From NCBI GenBank assembly GCA_040386535.1, contig JAZKFH010000005.1:247365-311364 (forward strand): a stretch of DNA of 64,000 nucleotides. The letters run 5' to 3'. Every line of letters starts with the position of its first letter. The stretch's first letter is position 1. Below, piece after piece: positions 19,057 to 29,080 of the stretch. The notes beneath the pieces were generated by a model. That model did not search any database, had not been told where the DNA came from, and worked only from the letters and a program-made list of their open reading frames with translations. The stretch comes from Myxococcota bacterium. GTDB taxonomy: Bacteria; Myxococcota_A; UBA796; SXON01. A program made the translations under genes and the position numbers.

Positions 19057-19803
19057 CTACTCCCGGACGAGGATCTCGGCGCGGCGATTGGCGGCGTCCG
19101 CCGCGGCGCCCCCGGAGCGGTCGACCGGGCGCTCCTCGCCGTAGGACACGGTGCGCAGGCGCGCCGGCGAGACGCCGAGGCCCACGAGGTAGCGCTGCAC
19201 GGCGTCCGCGCGGCGCTGCCCGAGGGCGATGTTGTAATCGGTGGTGCCCTGCTCGTCCGCGTGGCCCTCGATGCGCACCGTGGCGTTGCCCTGGCGCAGG
19301 CACGGGGCCAGCACGTCGAGCTCCGAGCGGGTGCCCGCGGCGAGCACTGAGCTGTCGAAGTCGAACCGCACCGTCGTGGACGCACAACCCGCCGTGGAGG
19401 GCGCACCTTCCGTGAGGGTGAGGCCCTTGCGGAGCGTGGCCTTCGTGCCGTCGGGGTTGGTCACCACGACGTCGTACGCCCCCATCGGCATCGCGGGGAC
19501 ACTGACGCGAAGCGAGTTCTCGTCCCCGAAGCGCACGTTCGTGGCGGCCGCCCCGTTGAAGGTCACGCGGGCTCCCTCTTCGAAGCCGCTCCCGAAGACC
19601 TCCGCGTCCAGCGCGCGATCGGCGGGGGCCAGGTCGGGATCGATGGCCGCGACCTGGAGTCGCACGGTCGGCGGGTTCAGATCTCCCCCCCCGTCGGTCT
19701 CGTCCAGGGGCTTCTTCGGCGGGCAGCCGACGGCCAACAAGGGAAGGAGGAGGATCGAGGCGAGTCGCACACTCGGCCGGCAGCTACGGTGGCCAGGAAA
19801 CAT
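19057..19803 (-). CDS. Pal/OmpA-family lipoprotein with IPT/TIG domain
   Basis: Lipobox LAVGC; 'VFGSGFEEGARVTF...YDVVVTNPDG' (IPT/TIG); 'FDFDSS...IEGHADEQGTTDYNIALGQRRA...SYGEERP...NRRAE'. Confidence 0.88.
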   Translation of the reverse strand: MFPGHRSCRPSVRLASILLLPLLAVGCPPKKPLDETDGGGDLNPPTVRLQVAAIDPDLAPADRALDAEVFGSGFEEGARVTFNGAAATNVRFGDENSLRVSVPAMPMGAYDVVVTNPDGTKATLRKGLTLTEGAPSTAGCASTTVRFDFDSSVLAAGTRSELDVLAPCLRQGNATVRIEGHADEQGTTDYNIALGQRRADAVQRYLVGLGVSPARLRTVSYGEERPVDRSGGAAADAANRRAEILVRE

Positions 19804-19821
19804 GGGCTCCCCGAGCGGCGC

Positions 19822-19850
19822 TCCTTAGGGCCTCGCCGGGTGTCTGTCAA
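19822..19850 (-). promoter_or_regulatory. Candidate sigma70 promoter for pal-like/cpoB
   Basis: Minus strand TTGACA-N17-TAAGGA. Confidence 0.4.
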
Positions 19851-19890
19851 CGTGTGCCCGGTGCTCGACGAGGCAGGCTATGGCGCCGCC

Positions 19891-21072
19891 GTGCCCAGGC
19901 CACCCCCCTTTCTCGTCGCGCTGGCGGTCTCCTTCGCCGGTGCGATGGCGGTGCTGGCGCTCGGAGATCCGCGCGAGCACGCGATCGCGTTCGTGGCGAT
20001 CGTGCTCGCCTGGGGCGCGGCGGCGGCGCTCCTCGCGCCCGATCTGCCCGGCCCCGCGCGGGTGGCCCTCGCGGCCGTGCTGGTGCGGCTGCCCCTCTTC
20101 GCGGTCGCGCCGACGCTCTCCGACGACGTCTGGCGCTACGTGTGGGAGGGGCAGGTGTGGCGGGCCGGTGAGAACCCCTTCGTGCACGCCCCCGACGCGC
20201 CCGCCTTGGTGCACCTGCGCGACGCGGTGTGGGCCAACGTGAACCACCGGCAGGTCCCGAGCATCTACCCTCCGTTCGCGCAGCTCCTCTTCGTCGCGCT
20301 CGCGGGAGGCGGCGTGCTCGCGTGGCGGCTCGTCTCGGCGGCGTGTGACGTCGGGACCGCGTGGGTGCTCGCGCGGGCGCGACCGCGCGCAGGATGGCTC
20401 TGGGCCCTGCTCCCCCTCCCCGCGATCGAGAGCGCCGTCAGCGGCCACCTCGAGGGGATCGGCGTGCTCTTCCTGGTGCTCGCCATCGCCACGCGGCGCG
20501 GCGCCTGGGCGTGGATCGGGGCGATGGTGAAGCTGTTGCCGGGGGTGCTCCTCGTGCTCGAGCGGCCCCGCGCGTGGCTGGGATGGGCGGCCCTGACCGT
20601 GCTCGTGGCGCTCCCGTTCGTGCGCGCCGAGGGCTTCGAGACCTACCGCGCCTCGTGGGCGTTCAACGGGTCGGTGTTCCCGCTCGCCGAGCTCGCCTTC
20701 GGGCCGGTCGCGCGCCCCGCCCTGCAGCTCGTCGGGGTGGCGGTCGTCGCGGGGATCCTGCTGCGGAGCCGGGATCCGGCGCGGGTGGCGCTCTGGGCCA
20801 CGGGGGCGTTCGTGGTGCTCTCGCCCACCGTGCACCCCTGGTACGTCCTCTGGCCGCTCGCCGCCGCGCTCCTCAACGGATCACGCGCGTGGGTGGTGCT
20901 CGCCGTGACGGTGCCGGGCTCCTACATCGTGCTGTCCACCTACGATGCGACGACCTCGACGTGGACGGAGTGGGCCGCCACGCGGATCGTCGTATACGCG
21001 CCCTTCTACGGGGCGCTGATCGAGGAGGCGTGGGGCCGGCTCGTGCGCGCCGGGCCCGCGACGGCCGCATAG
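19891..21072 (+). CDS. GT-C (GT87-like) polyprenyl-phosphate-sugar-dependent membrane glycosyltransferase
   Basis: 'TLSDDVWRYVWEG...GENPF', 'SIYPPFAQ', 'GHLE', 'SPTVHPWY'; multiple TM segments. Confidence 0.8.
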   Translation: MPRPPPFLVALAVSFAGAMAVLALGDPREHAIAFVAIVLAWGAAAALLAPDLPGPARVALAAVLVRLPLFAVAPTLSDDVWRYVWEGQVWRAGENPFVHAPDAPALVHLRDAVWANVNHRQVPSIYPPFAQLLFVALAGGGVLAWRLVSAACDVGTAWVLARARPRAGWLWALLPLPAIESAVSGHLEGIGVLFLVLAIATRRGAWAWIGAMVKLLPGVLLVLERPRAWLGWAALTVLVALPFVRAEGFETYRASWAFNGSVFPLAELAFGPVARPALQLVGVAVVAGILLRSRDPARVALWATGAFVVLSPTVHPWYVLWPLAAALLNGSRAWVVLAVTVPGSYIVLSTYDATTSTWTEWAATRIVVYAPFYGALIEEAWGRLVRAGPATAA

Positions 21073-21080
21073 GAGCCCAC

Positions 21081-22160
21081 ATGTCCCTCCCCGCCGCGGT
21101 CCCCGAGGCCCTCGCAGACGTGCTCGCCGCCTCGCCGCCCCGCAGCGGCGCGCGCGTGCGCATCGCCGTCCCCGACGGCACCCGCCCCCTCGACGTCGAG
21201 GTGGCGCTCGCGGCGCTCCGCCCGTGGCTCTCGGGCGACGTGCGCGCCGTGGTCGGCCTGGGCCTGCACCGCCCGATGCGCGCGGACGAGCTGCCCCGGA
21301 GCCCCTTCCCGCTGCTGCAACACGACCCCGACGACACCGTCCCCACCGCGATCGTGGACGGGATCCCCGGCGGCATCGCGCGCGCCGTCGCGGACGCGGA
21401 CGTGCTCCTCGGGGTCGGCATCGTCGAGCTGCACCAGTACGCCGGCTTCTCGGGCGGCCACAAGGCCGTGGCGGTGGGCCTCGGCGCGCGCGCCACGCTC
21501 GACGCGCTGCACCACCGCGACCGCGTGACCGCCCCGGGCGTGCGCCTCGGCCGGCTGGATGGGAACCCCTTCCGCGCCGCCGTGGACGCGCTCGGCGAGG
21601 CCGCCGGATGTCGCTGGGTGCTGCTCCAGGCGGGCGGGCGCTGGTTCGCCGGCGAGCCCCGGGCCACCCTCGCGGCCGCCGCCGCCTCGCTCGCGTGCTG
21701 GGAGGACGTTCCCCGGCGGCATCCCGCCGCGATCCTGCGCGTGCCCCCGAGGAAGGCCGCCAACTTCTACCAGGCGAGCCGCGCCGCCACGTACCTCGGG
21801 CTCTCCGACGATCCGCCGCTGGTCCCGGGAGCCACGCTCTACCTCGAGGCCGCCTGCCCCGAAGGCATGGGCGAGGGCGACGGCGAGCGGGCCTTCGCGG
21901 CGGTGTTGGCGGCGGGGCGGGCCCCGTGGGGCGCACTGCTCGACGGCGCCGCGCCCGTGGGCGCCGGCACCCAGCGCGCCGTGATGATCGCCGCGACGTT
22001 GCGGCGCCATCCGCTCGTCGTGACCGGCGTGCGCGATCCGGCGCCCCTCCGCGCGTGCGGCATCGACGCCACCTCGGCCCCCGCGAGCGCGCTCGCGCCG
22101 CGCGACGCCCTGGTCGTGACCGATCCGTTCGCGCGGATCCCGCGCTACCGGGGCCCCTGA
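21081..22160 (+). CDS. LarA-family (lactate racemase/DUF2088) nickel-pincer enzyme
   Basis: AGGAG RBS; 'PDGTRP', 'GLHRPM', 'HQYAGFSGGHK', 'LDGNPF', 'NFYQA', 'ACPEGMG'. Confidence 0.8.
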   Translation: MSLPAAVPEALADVLAASPPRSGARVRIAVPDGTRPLDVEVALAALRPWLSGDVRAVVGLGLHRPMRADELPRSPFPLLQHDPDDTVPTAIVDGIPGGIARAVADADVLLGVGIVELHQYAGFSGGHKAVAVGLGARATLDALHHRDRVTAPGVRLGRLDGNPFRAAVDALGEAAGCRWVLLQAGGRWFAGEPRATLAAAAASLACWEDVPRRHPAAILRVPPRKAANFYQASRAATYLGLSDDPPLVPGATLYLEAACPEGMGEGDGERAFAAVLAAGRAPWGALLDGAAPVGAGTQRAVMIAATLRRHPLVVTGVRDPAPLRACGIDATSAPASALAPRDALVVTDPFARIPRYRGP

Positions 22161-22162
22161 CC

Positions 22163-22747
22163 CTACCGGGGCCCCTGGACGTCGGAGGGGCACAACGAGG
22201 GCGGCACCTTGTCGTCGGGATGCGCGCGCACCACGAACGTGTGGGCACACAGGCGGCACCGATACCGGATGACCACCTCGGGGCGGCGCTCGAAGGCGAT
22301 CGGGTCGAGCACGCCGCCGCAGGTTGCCGCGCGATCGCCCGGCACCACGTCCACGTGCCGGCCGCGGAGGCAGATCGGGCAGTGATCCCGCACGGGCGCG
22401 CCGCCCGGCGCCACCGCCGCGCCACAGTGAGCGCAGGTGAAGCCCTCGTCGCGGTGGATCGGGTTCTTGCGCACCTGCGCGGCGTCCGCGCGGGCGAGCA
22501 GGGCCCGCACGAGGCGCTTCGCGGAGGCGTCGGGCTCGACGTCGAGGCCCCGGGACGTCGCGAGCGCGAACAGCTCGGCGCGCAGCGCGTCGTCCCGCTC
22601 GACCTCGGCGGCGAAGTCCTTGATCTCCCCTCGGGTGGCCAGCGAGGCCAACCTGGATGCCGGTGTGGGCAGCGGCGGCGGTGCGGGGGGCGTTGCGGGG
22701 GGGCTTGCCCCCCTGCCCCAGGAGGAACCCGGACGCCGCTCCTTCAC
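22163..22747 (-). CDS. RNHCP-domain protein with N-terminal extension
   Basis: 'DEGFTCAHCG...VRDHCPICLRGRHVDVVPGDRAATCGG.LDP...RCRLC...AHPDD'; GTGA overlap with the upstream gene. Confidence 0.85.
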   Translation of the reverse strand: MKERRPGSSWGRGASPPATPPAPPPLPTPASRLASLATRGEIKDFAAEVERDDALRAELFALATSRGLDVEPDASAKRLVRALLARADAAQVRKNPIHRDEGFTCAHCGAAVAPGGAPVRDHCPICLRGRHVDVVPGDRAATCGGVLDPIAFERRPEVVIRYRCRLCAHTFVVRAHPDDKVPPSLCPSDVQGPR

Positions 22748-24273
22748 GCCGCCGCCGCCTCGAGTGGAGGTGCGACCGCGGCCTTCCGGGCGTCCACGGC
22801 GTACCATACCGCCATCACGACGCCGTAGATCGCCAGCCCCCACGCCAACCAGCCGACGAGGAACACGCGGTGGCCGGCGTACGCGGTCTCCGCCCAGTTG
22901 CAGAACACCTCGAGGCCGAGGAGCCACGCGAGCCCGAAGATGTGTTTGGGCTTCCGCAGATCGGAGGCGTGGAGCACGATGAGCGTGATGCGCGCGACGT
23001 AGTAGTAGTAGCTCGCGGTGGTGAGCAGGAAGAACGGGAGGAATCCGAAGGCGAAGGCCTCGTCGTCCCGCGAGCGGCGCAGGCCCCAGCCGAGCGTGAG
23101 CAGCATGACCGCGGCGATGCCGTAGCGGAGCGGCTTCTGGTCCTCGATCACGTCCTTTGTGGCCTTGGCGATGTTCTTTGGGAGCAAATCCCCGCGGTAC
23201 GGCAGCGCCAGGGCGAGCCCGATGCGGCGGGAGGAGAGCTGCTCGGAGCGATTGTGGTCCTCCATGTTCTCGAAGTGCACGCGCGCGGGCTCGAGGCCGA
23301 GCGTGAGGATGGCGGCGCCCTGGAGCACCGCCGCGCCGACGAGGAAGCCGCCGAGCATCACGAGCAGGGGCTTGTGCACCTTGCGCTCGAACAACCCCGC
23401 GAAGCCCTTGGCGCCAGGCCCGTACATCCACATCGCCGGGAAGAGGCGGAGGGTGCCGGACCACGCGGTCATCACGCCCGCCCAGAACGGGTGGCCCTTG
23501 CGGAGGAGCGCCATCGCGAACAGCAGCGCCGCGATGTAGTCATAGCGGAGGAACGCCCAGGAATACGTGGGCCACCGCCCCGAGTAGGTCACGAACAGGA
23601 AGAACGCGCCCCAGAGCGCGGTGCTCCCGCCGTACGCCCACCCCACGGCGCCCAGGCCCGCTACGAGCAGCACGACATCGATCTGACAGAGGAGCTTGAT
23701 CCACTCCACCGGCACCACCGACGCGATCGGCTTGGCGATCATCGTCCAGACGGTCGTGCCGTTGAAGCCGTGGTCCTGGAGGAGCTGGCGCCAGAGCTCG
23801 TCGTTGAGGCCCTTGATGTTCCGCTGGACGTAGAGCGCGTCCTTGCTGAAGCTCGCCCACGACTCCGCCGTGAACTTCTCGCGCCGGACGACCGTGCCCC
23901 GCGCGACCGCGTGGTCGATCGAGCGCATGGCGTGCCCCGAGGGGTCCTGCGCCATGTACTTGCTGCCCTCGTCGTAGTAGGGCCCGTTCGCCTCGTGATC
24001 GGCGAGGACCAACGCCGGGTACAGGTCGTAGTAGCCCAGCTCGTCGAAGTACTTCGCGTTCACGTAGTAGTGGAGCAGATCGTAGGTGTCGACCTTCTGG
24101 AAGGGCACCGCGGGGCCCCACCGCGAGTAGTTCAGGCCCGACACGACGGTGAGCGCGAGGAGCAGGCCCCACGCGGCGCGGAGCGGCAGGAACCGCCACG
24201 CCACCGCCAGCGACACGCCCGCGAGCGCGATCCAGACCTTGTAGCCCTCGGTGATCTCGCGAGTGACGTCCAT
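22744..24273 (-). CDS. Polytopic membrane protein, probable GT-C glycosyltransferase
   Basis: Many TM helices; periplasmic loop '[18 protein letters not shown]', 'DHGFNGT', 'FLRYDY', 'LRLFP'. Confidence 0.6.
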   Translation of the reverse strand: MDVTREITEGYKVWIALAGVSLAVAWRFLPLRAAWGLLLALTVVSGLNYSRWGPAVPFQKVDTYDLLHYYVNAKYFDELGYYDLYPALVLADHEANGPYYDEGSKYMAQDPSGHAMRSIDHAVARGTVVRREKFTAESWASFSKDALYVQRNIKGLNDELWRQLLQDHGFNGTTVWTMIAKPIASVVPVEWIKLLCQIDVVLLVAGLGAVGWAYGGSTALWGAFFLFVTYSGRWPTYSWAFLRYDYIAALLFAMALLRKGHPFWAGVMTAWSGTLRLFPAMWMYGPGAKGFAGLFERKVHKPLLVMLGGFLVGAAVLQGAAILTLGLEPARVHFENMEDHNRSEQLSSRRIGLALALPYRGDLLPKNIAKATKDVIEDQKPLRYGIAAVMLLTLGWGLRRSRDDEAFAFGFLPFFLLTTASYYYYVARITLIVLHASDLRKPKHIFGLAWLLGLEVFCNWAETAYAGHRVFLVGWLAWGLAIYGVVMAVWYAVDARKAAVAPPLEAAAA

Positions 24274-25752
24274 CTATTTTCCGGTGACCGGCGACTCGAC
24301 GGCCGATTGCGCGAGGGAGACGGCCGCGTCGAGCGGACGGACGGGGGCGAGGGCCTCCCGCAGGCCGGCGAGGCCCGTCCACGCGAAGCCTCCGCCGAAG
24401 AGCAGGAGGAACGGGACGCTCCCCCAATCGCCCGCACGGACCGCCCACGCGGCGGTGCCGAGATGCAGGGCGGCGAGGAGGAGCTCGAAGGGGACGGCCG
24501 CTGTCGCCGAGATCTTGTAGCTGCCGGGGCCGCCGCCGCTCTTGGGCGTGCGTACGAACCCCGTGCGGTGGCCGGCGAGCGCCTCGAACACGGCGAAGGT
24601 CTGGTTGACCGCCATGCCGATGCCGAGGAAGGTCGCCGCGGGGAGCGCCGCGAGGCGCCGGGGGGCGGCGACCGCGTAGAAGAGCAGGTTGCTCCCGGTG
24701 GAGAGGAGGAACAGCGGCAGGTAGACCCAGGCGTTGCCCGACACGTCCCCCCGGAGCAGCACGAGCGGCGGAAACACCAGGGCCAGCGCCAGCGCGACCG
24801 GCCACGCGAGGTTCGCCCAGAGGTGCAGGAGCGCCTCGACCCGCGTGGCGACCGGCACCCCGGCGTTCAGGATGCGCCCGGTGAGCTTGCGGGCGACCTC
24901 GACCGAGCCCTTCGCCCAGCGCCGCTGCTGCGTACGGAACGCGGCGAGGGACTCGGGGATCTCGGCGGGGACGGCGTGCTCGAGCAGGTACACGAAGCGC
25001 CACCCGGCGAGCTGCGCGCGGTAGGAGAGGTCCAGATCCTCGGTGAGCGTGTCGTGCTGCCACCCGCCCGCGGCGTCGATGCAGCTGCGGCGCCAGATGC
25101 CGGCGGTGCCGTTGAAGTTGAACCAGCGGCCCGACCGGTCACGGGCGGTGTGCTCGATGACGAAGTGCCCGTCGAGCAGGGTGGCCTGCGCGGCGGTGAG
25201 CGCCGACACATCCGCGTTGAGATGATCCCAGCGCGCCTGGACCATCCCCACGCCCGGGTCGGCGAAGGGGGGCACCACGCGCCGGAGGAAGTCGGGGGCC
25301 GGGACGAAGTCCGCGTCGAAGATGGCGACGAGCTCGCCCCGCGCGCTCCGAAGGCCCGCGGCGAGCGCGCCGGCCTTGAAGCCGGTGCGGTTGCTGCGGT
25401 GAAGGCAGACCGCGTCGATCCCGCGCGCGCGGGCCCTCGCCAACGCGTCCGCGGCGCGGAGGGCCGTGTCGTCCGTGGAGTCGTCGAGGAGCTGGATCTG
25501 GAGGCGATCGGGGGGCCAGTCGAGCGCGGCGACGGCGTCGACGAGGCGCGCCACGACGTCCCGCTCGTCGTAGACGGGGAGCTGCACGGTGACCATCGGG
25601 ACGGTCGACGGGAGCACCGACGGCAGCGCGGGTGCCAACGATCCGCGCTCGCGACGGGCGAGGTACAGGCCGAGCAGCACGAGGCGATGGACCCCGTGAA
25701 CAGCGCACAGGCCCATCAGCGTGAGGTACAGCGCGAGGAAGGCCGACGGCAT
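24274..25752 (-). CDS. Processive GT2 glycosyltransferase (cellulose-synthase-like)
   Basis: '[10 protein letters not shown]', 'LDDSTD', 'GFKAGAL', 'IFDADF', 'TEDLDLS', QQRRW, C-terminal TM helices, 'FVRTPK'. Confidence 0.92.
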   Translation of the reverse strand: MPSAFLALYLTLMGLCAVHGVHRLVLLGLYLARRERGSLAPALPSVLPSTVPMVTVQLPVYDERDVVARLVDAVAALDWPPDRLQIQLLDDSTDDTALRAADALARARARGIDAVCLHRSNRTGFKAGALAAGLRSARGELVAIFDADFVPAPDFLRRVVPPFADPGVGMVQARWDHLNADVSALTAAQATLLDGHFVIEHTARDRSGRWFNFNGTAGIWRRSCIDAAGGWQHDTLTEDLDLSYRAQLAGWRFVYLLEHAVPAEIPESLAAFRTQQRRWAKGSVEVARKLTGRILNAGVPVATRVEALLHLWANLAWPVALALALVFPPLVLLRGDVSGNAWVYLPLFLLSTGSNLLFYAVAAPRRLAALPAATFLGIGMAVNQTFAVFEALAGHRTGFVRTPKSGGGPGSYKISATAAVPFELLLAALHLGTAAWAVRAGDWGSVPFLLLFGGGFAWTGLAGLREALAPVRPLDAAVSLAQSAVESPVTGK

Positions 25753-25945
25753 GCCGACCGCCCATTTACGCGGCGCGACCGGCGGCGCAACGACGCGAGG
25801 GCGATCCGGGTGGTAGACCACCGTGGCGGTGGCGATGATTGCGCCGCCCGCGATCCGCCCCCCGCGCGGCTCGGAAACCGGGTCATGATAGGCCACCCCC
25901 CGCGAGGGTGGCTGCAACGCGTCAGCTCGAGATGAACGTCACCGC

Positions 25946-26896
25946 ATGAACGACCGCCGCGATCCGCACCCCGCCGCCGCCCCAGGGGGTCCGATCCGAC
26001 GGGACTCCCCGGTGGATCCCGCCACGTTCGTGCTGCGCATGGTCTGCTATTACGACGTATTTCGCCATCCGTTGACCGAGGCGGAGCTGGGGCGGCTCGT
26101 CGGATTCGATCCCGGCGCCGCGGTCGACCGGCTCGTGGCGGAGGGCCGGGTCGAGCGGGCGTTCGGGCACGTGTGCGCGGTGGGCCGGGCGAGCCAGGTC
26201 GAGCGGCGCGTGGCGCGGACCGTGGCGGCGGAGCGGCGCTGGCCCGCGGCCCGGCGGGCAGGGCGGCTGCTCGCGATGTTCCCCTGGGTGCGCGCCGTGC
26301 TCATCACCGGGGGGCTCTCCAAGCAGAGCGCCGATGCCGACGGAGACGTGGACTTCCTGCTCCTCATCGAGCCCGGCAGCGTGTGGACGGCGAAATCGGC
26401 GCTCCAGGCGTTCCGCCGCGCGCTCCCCGAGGGGATCCGCGAGAACTTCTGCACGAACTACCTGCTCGCCACCGATCGGCTCGCGCTCGATGAGCGCAAC
26501 ATGTTCACCGCGATGGAGCTCGCGACCGCAGTGCCCGTACACGGGGCCGCGTGGTGTGTGGCGCTGCTCGACGCGAACCGCGAGTGGGCGGCCGACCACG
26601 TGCCCGGCTTCGAGTGGAGCCGCGAGCGCGCGAGCCACGCCCCGACCCACCCGCCCTTCGCGCCGACCCGCCTGATCGAGGGCGTGACCCGTCCGGTCGC
26701 GCACACGCTCGACCGCGCCTCCTTCTCCGTGTGGGACGGCTACTGGAACCGCAAGTACAGCTGGCTCCCCGAGGGCACCCGGAGCCAGCGGTTCAAGCGC
26801 CGCCCCGAGGTCGCCACCAACCACCTGCACGACTTCCAGGCCTATGTGCTGGCCGAGTACGTGCGCCGCTGCGTCGCGTCGGGCGTCACCCCTTGA
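25946..26896 (+). CDS. Pol-beta-like nucleotidyltransferase-domain protein
   Basis: 'YYDVFRHPLT' N-terminus; 'ITGGLSK....DGDVDFLLL' G[GS]..DxD motif; 'FCTNY', 'RNMFTAME'. Confidence 0.7.
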   Translation: MNDRRDPHPAAAPGGPIRRDSPVDPATFVLRMVCYYDVFRHPLTEAELGRLVGFDPGAAVDRLVAEGRVERAFGHVCAVGRASQVERRVARTVAAERRWPAARRAGRLLAMFPWVRAVLITGGLSKQSADADGDVDFLLLIEPGSVWTAKSALQAFRRALPEGIRENFCTNYLLATDRLALDERNMFTAMELATAVPVHGAAWCVALLDANREWAADHVPGFEWSRERASHAPTHPPFAPTRLIEGVTRPVAHTLDRASFSVWDGYWNRKYSWLPEGTRSQRFKRRPEVATNHLHDFQAYVLAEYVRRCVASGVTP

Positions 26897-28020
26897 GCCG
26901 CCTCCGCGTGGCGATGCTCGGGCTGCGCGCCCCCTGGGGCACGGAGGGGGGGGTGGAGCAGGCCGTCGGCGAGCTGGCCCCGCGCCTCGCCGCCACCGGC
27001 GTCGACGTGACCGTGTACTGCCGCGGGCGCTACAACCGGCACGGGAGCGGCGCCTACGCGGGCGTGCGGCTCGTCGACACGCCGACCGTGTACCGGCGCA
27101 GCCTCGAAGCGTTCGTGCACACCGGCCTCGCGGCCCCGCGCGCCGCCTTCTCCGCCGACGTGGTGCACCTCCACGCGTGCGGCCCCGCCTTGTTCTCCGG
27201 GGTGCCGGCGCTGATGCGGCGGCCCGTGGTCGTCACGTTGCACGGCAAGGACTGGGAGCGCGACAAGTGGGGCCCCGCGGCCCGGATCTTCCTCCGGTCC
27301 GGCGCCTGGATGGCGGGGCACGCCTCGACCGAGATCATCACGGTGTCGCGCGGGCTCCAGCTCTGGTGCGAGGAGAACTACCCCGCGCCGGTCACGCACA
27401 TCCCCAACGGCGTGTCCCCGCACGAGGCCGTGCCCTGGAGCCCCGGGGTGTTCCCCGAGCTCACGCCCGGCGGCTACCACCTGTTCCTCGGGCGCCTCGT
27501 GCCGGAGAAGGAGATCGGCACGCTACTGCGCGCGGTGGCGCGCGCCGCGCCGAGGCTCCCGGTCGTGATCACCGGCGGCGGCAGCTACACCGACGAGTAC
27601 GTGTCACAGCTGCATCGCGACGCGCCGCCGGGGGTGATCTTCACCGGGCCGCGCTTCGGCATGGAGAAGGCGATGCTGCTCACGCACGCGCGCTCCTTCC
27701 TGTTCCCGAGCCGCGTCGAGGGCCTGCCGATCGCGCTCCTCGAGGCGATGGCCGCGGGCCTGCCCACCCTGGCGAGCGACATCCCGCCGAACCTCGAAGT
27801 GCTCGGATCGATCGGGGGGTGGCGCCTTCCGGTCGGGGACGCCGACGCCTGGGGCGCGGCGCTCCACGCGGTCGAGGCGAGCACGACGGACCGTCTGAAG
27901 GCGATCGGCGCGGAGGGATGTGCGCGGGTCGAGACGAACTTCGGGTGGGACGCGGTCGTGACGGCCACCCGGCGCGTGTACGAACGCGCGCGGTCGCGAC
28001 GCGCCTCCGCCCGCGCGTGA
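26893..28020 (+). CDS. GT4 family glycosyltransferase
   Basis: 'GGVE', 'IPNGV', 'FLGRLVPEK', 'PSRVEGLPIALLEAMAAG...SDIP'. Confidence 0.92.
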   Translation: MSRLRVAMLGLRAPWGTEGGVEQAVGELAPRLAATGVDVTVYCRGRYNRHGSGAYAGVRLVDTPTVYRRSLEAFVHTGLAAPRAAFSADVVHLHACGPALFSGVPALMRRPVVVTLHGKDWERDKWGPAARIFLRSGAWMAGHASTEIITVSRGLQLWCEENYPAPVTHIPNGVSPHEAVPWSPGVFPELTPGGYHLFLGRLVPEKEIGTLLRAVARAAPRLPVVITGGGSYTDEYVSQLHRDAPPGVIFTGPRFGMEKAMLLTHARSFLFPSRVEGLPIALLEAMAAGLPTLASDIPPNLEVLGSIGGWRLPVGDADAWGAALHAVEASTTDRLKAIGAEGCARVETNFGWDAVVTATRRVYERARSRRASARA

Positions 28021-28033
28021 GGCCTGGCCCATC

Positions 28034-29074
28034 ATGACGCCAGCCGTACACGAGCGCCTCGGCCTGGCCCTGCTCGTGGGGTTCTTCGTGGCCCTGCCGC
28101 TCTCCGTCGCGGTGCAGGAGATCGCGCTCGGCGCCGCCCTCCTCTACGCCGCGACACGCCCGACTCGCGCGCGTCTGGGGGAGGAGCCGTGGGGCCGCGC
28201 GGCGCTCGCGGCGGCCGTGGTCTGGGTGCTGCTCGTGGGTGCGAGCGGGAACCTGCGCGAGGGGCTGGGCCACGCGTGGGTCCTGGCGCCGCTGCTCGTC
28301 GTGCCCGCGCTCGTCCGCGCCGAGGATCGCGCCCGGATCGAACGATTCGGGCTCGCCGCCGCCGTGGCCGCGGCGGTGTGGGCCATCGGGCAGCGGGTGG
28401 CCGGCGCGGTCGGGACCGCGGGCCTCTCCCATCACCTCAGCCTCGCCTACGCGTTGCTCCCCGCGCTCGGCGTGGCGCTGGTGTCGCGACGGTGGGCCCA
28501 CGCCGCGCTCCTCGCGGGCGGCATCGTCGCCACGGGGAGCGAGGGGGCGCTGGTGTCCCTGGTGGTCACCGTTGTCGCGACGCAGACACGGCGGCCCGGC
28601 GCTGCGCTCCTGGCCGGTGCCGTCGCTACCATCGTGCTGCTCGGGGCCGCCGACCCGGAGGAGCTGCGCCAGCGCGCCGTCCTGTGGACCGGGGGGCTCA
28701 CCGTGGCGGCCGCCGGCGCGACGGGGCCGGGGGGCTACGCGTTGGCGTCCGCGCCCGTGTACGACGTGATTGCGCCGGGCTTCTGGTTCCCCAACCACGC
28801 CCACGACAGCGGCATCCAGCTGCTCGCCGTGCTCGGCCCCGCCGGGCTCGTCGCGACGCTGGGCCTCGCCCTGCTCGCGCTGCGACACGGCGCGCTCGGC
28901 CCCGCCGCCGGGCTCGCCGGGGTCCTGGTGGGCGCGCTCACGCAGGACGTGCTCGGCGATCTGGAGGTGTCCCGCGCGGCGTGGGCGTGGCTTGCGCTCT
29001 ACGGGGGCCAATCCCTGGTGCGCGAGCAGGGGGAGCGCGAGAAAGGGGAACCCGCGCCGCCCGACGGATACTGA
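28034..29074 (+). CDS. O-antigen ligase/polymerase-like membrane protein
   Basis: Polytopic; 'RAVLW...TGPGGY...NHAHDSGIQLLAVLGPAGL' matches the Wzy_C R..W/G.G/HAHN pattern. Confidence 0.7.
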   Translation: MTPAVHERLGLALLVGFFVALPLSVAVQEIALGAALLYAATRPTRARLGEEPWGRAALAAAVVWVLLVGASGNLREGLGHAWVLAPLLVVPALVRAEDRARIERFGLAAAVAAAVWAIGQRVAGAVGTAGLSHHLSLAYALLPALGVALVSRRWAHAALLAGGIVATGSEGALVSLVVTVVATQTRRPGAALLAGAVATIVLLGAADPEELRQRAVLWTGGLTVAAAGATGPGGYALASAPVYDVIAPGFWFPNHAHDSGIQLLAVLGPAGLVATLGLALLALRHGALGPAAGLAGVLVGALTQDVLGDLEVSRAAWAWLALYGGQSLVREQGEREKGEPAPPDGY

Positions 29075-29080
29075 GACGGG

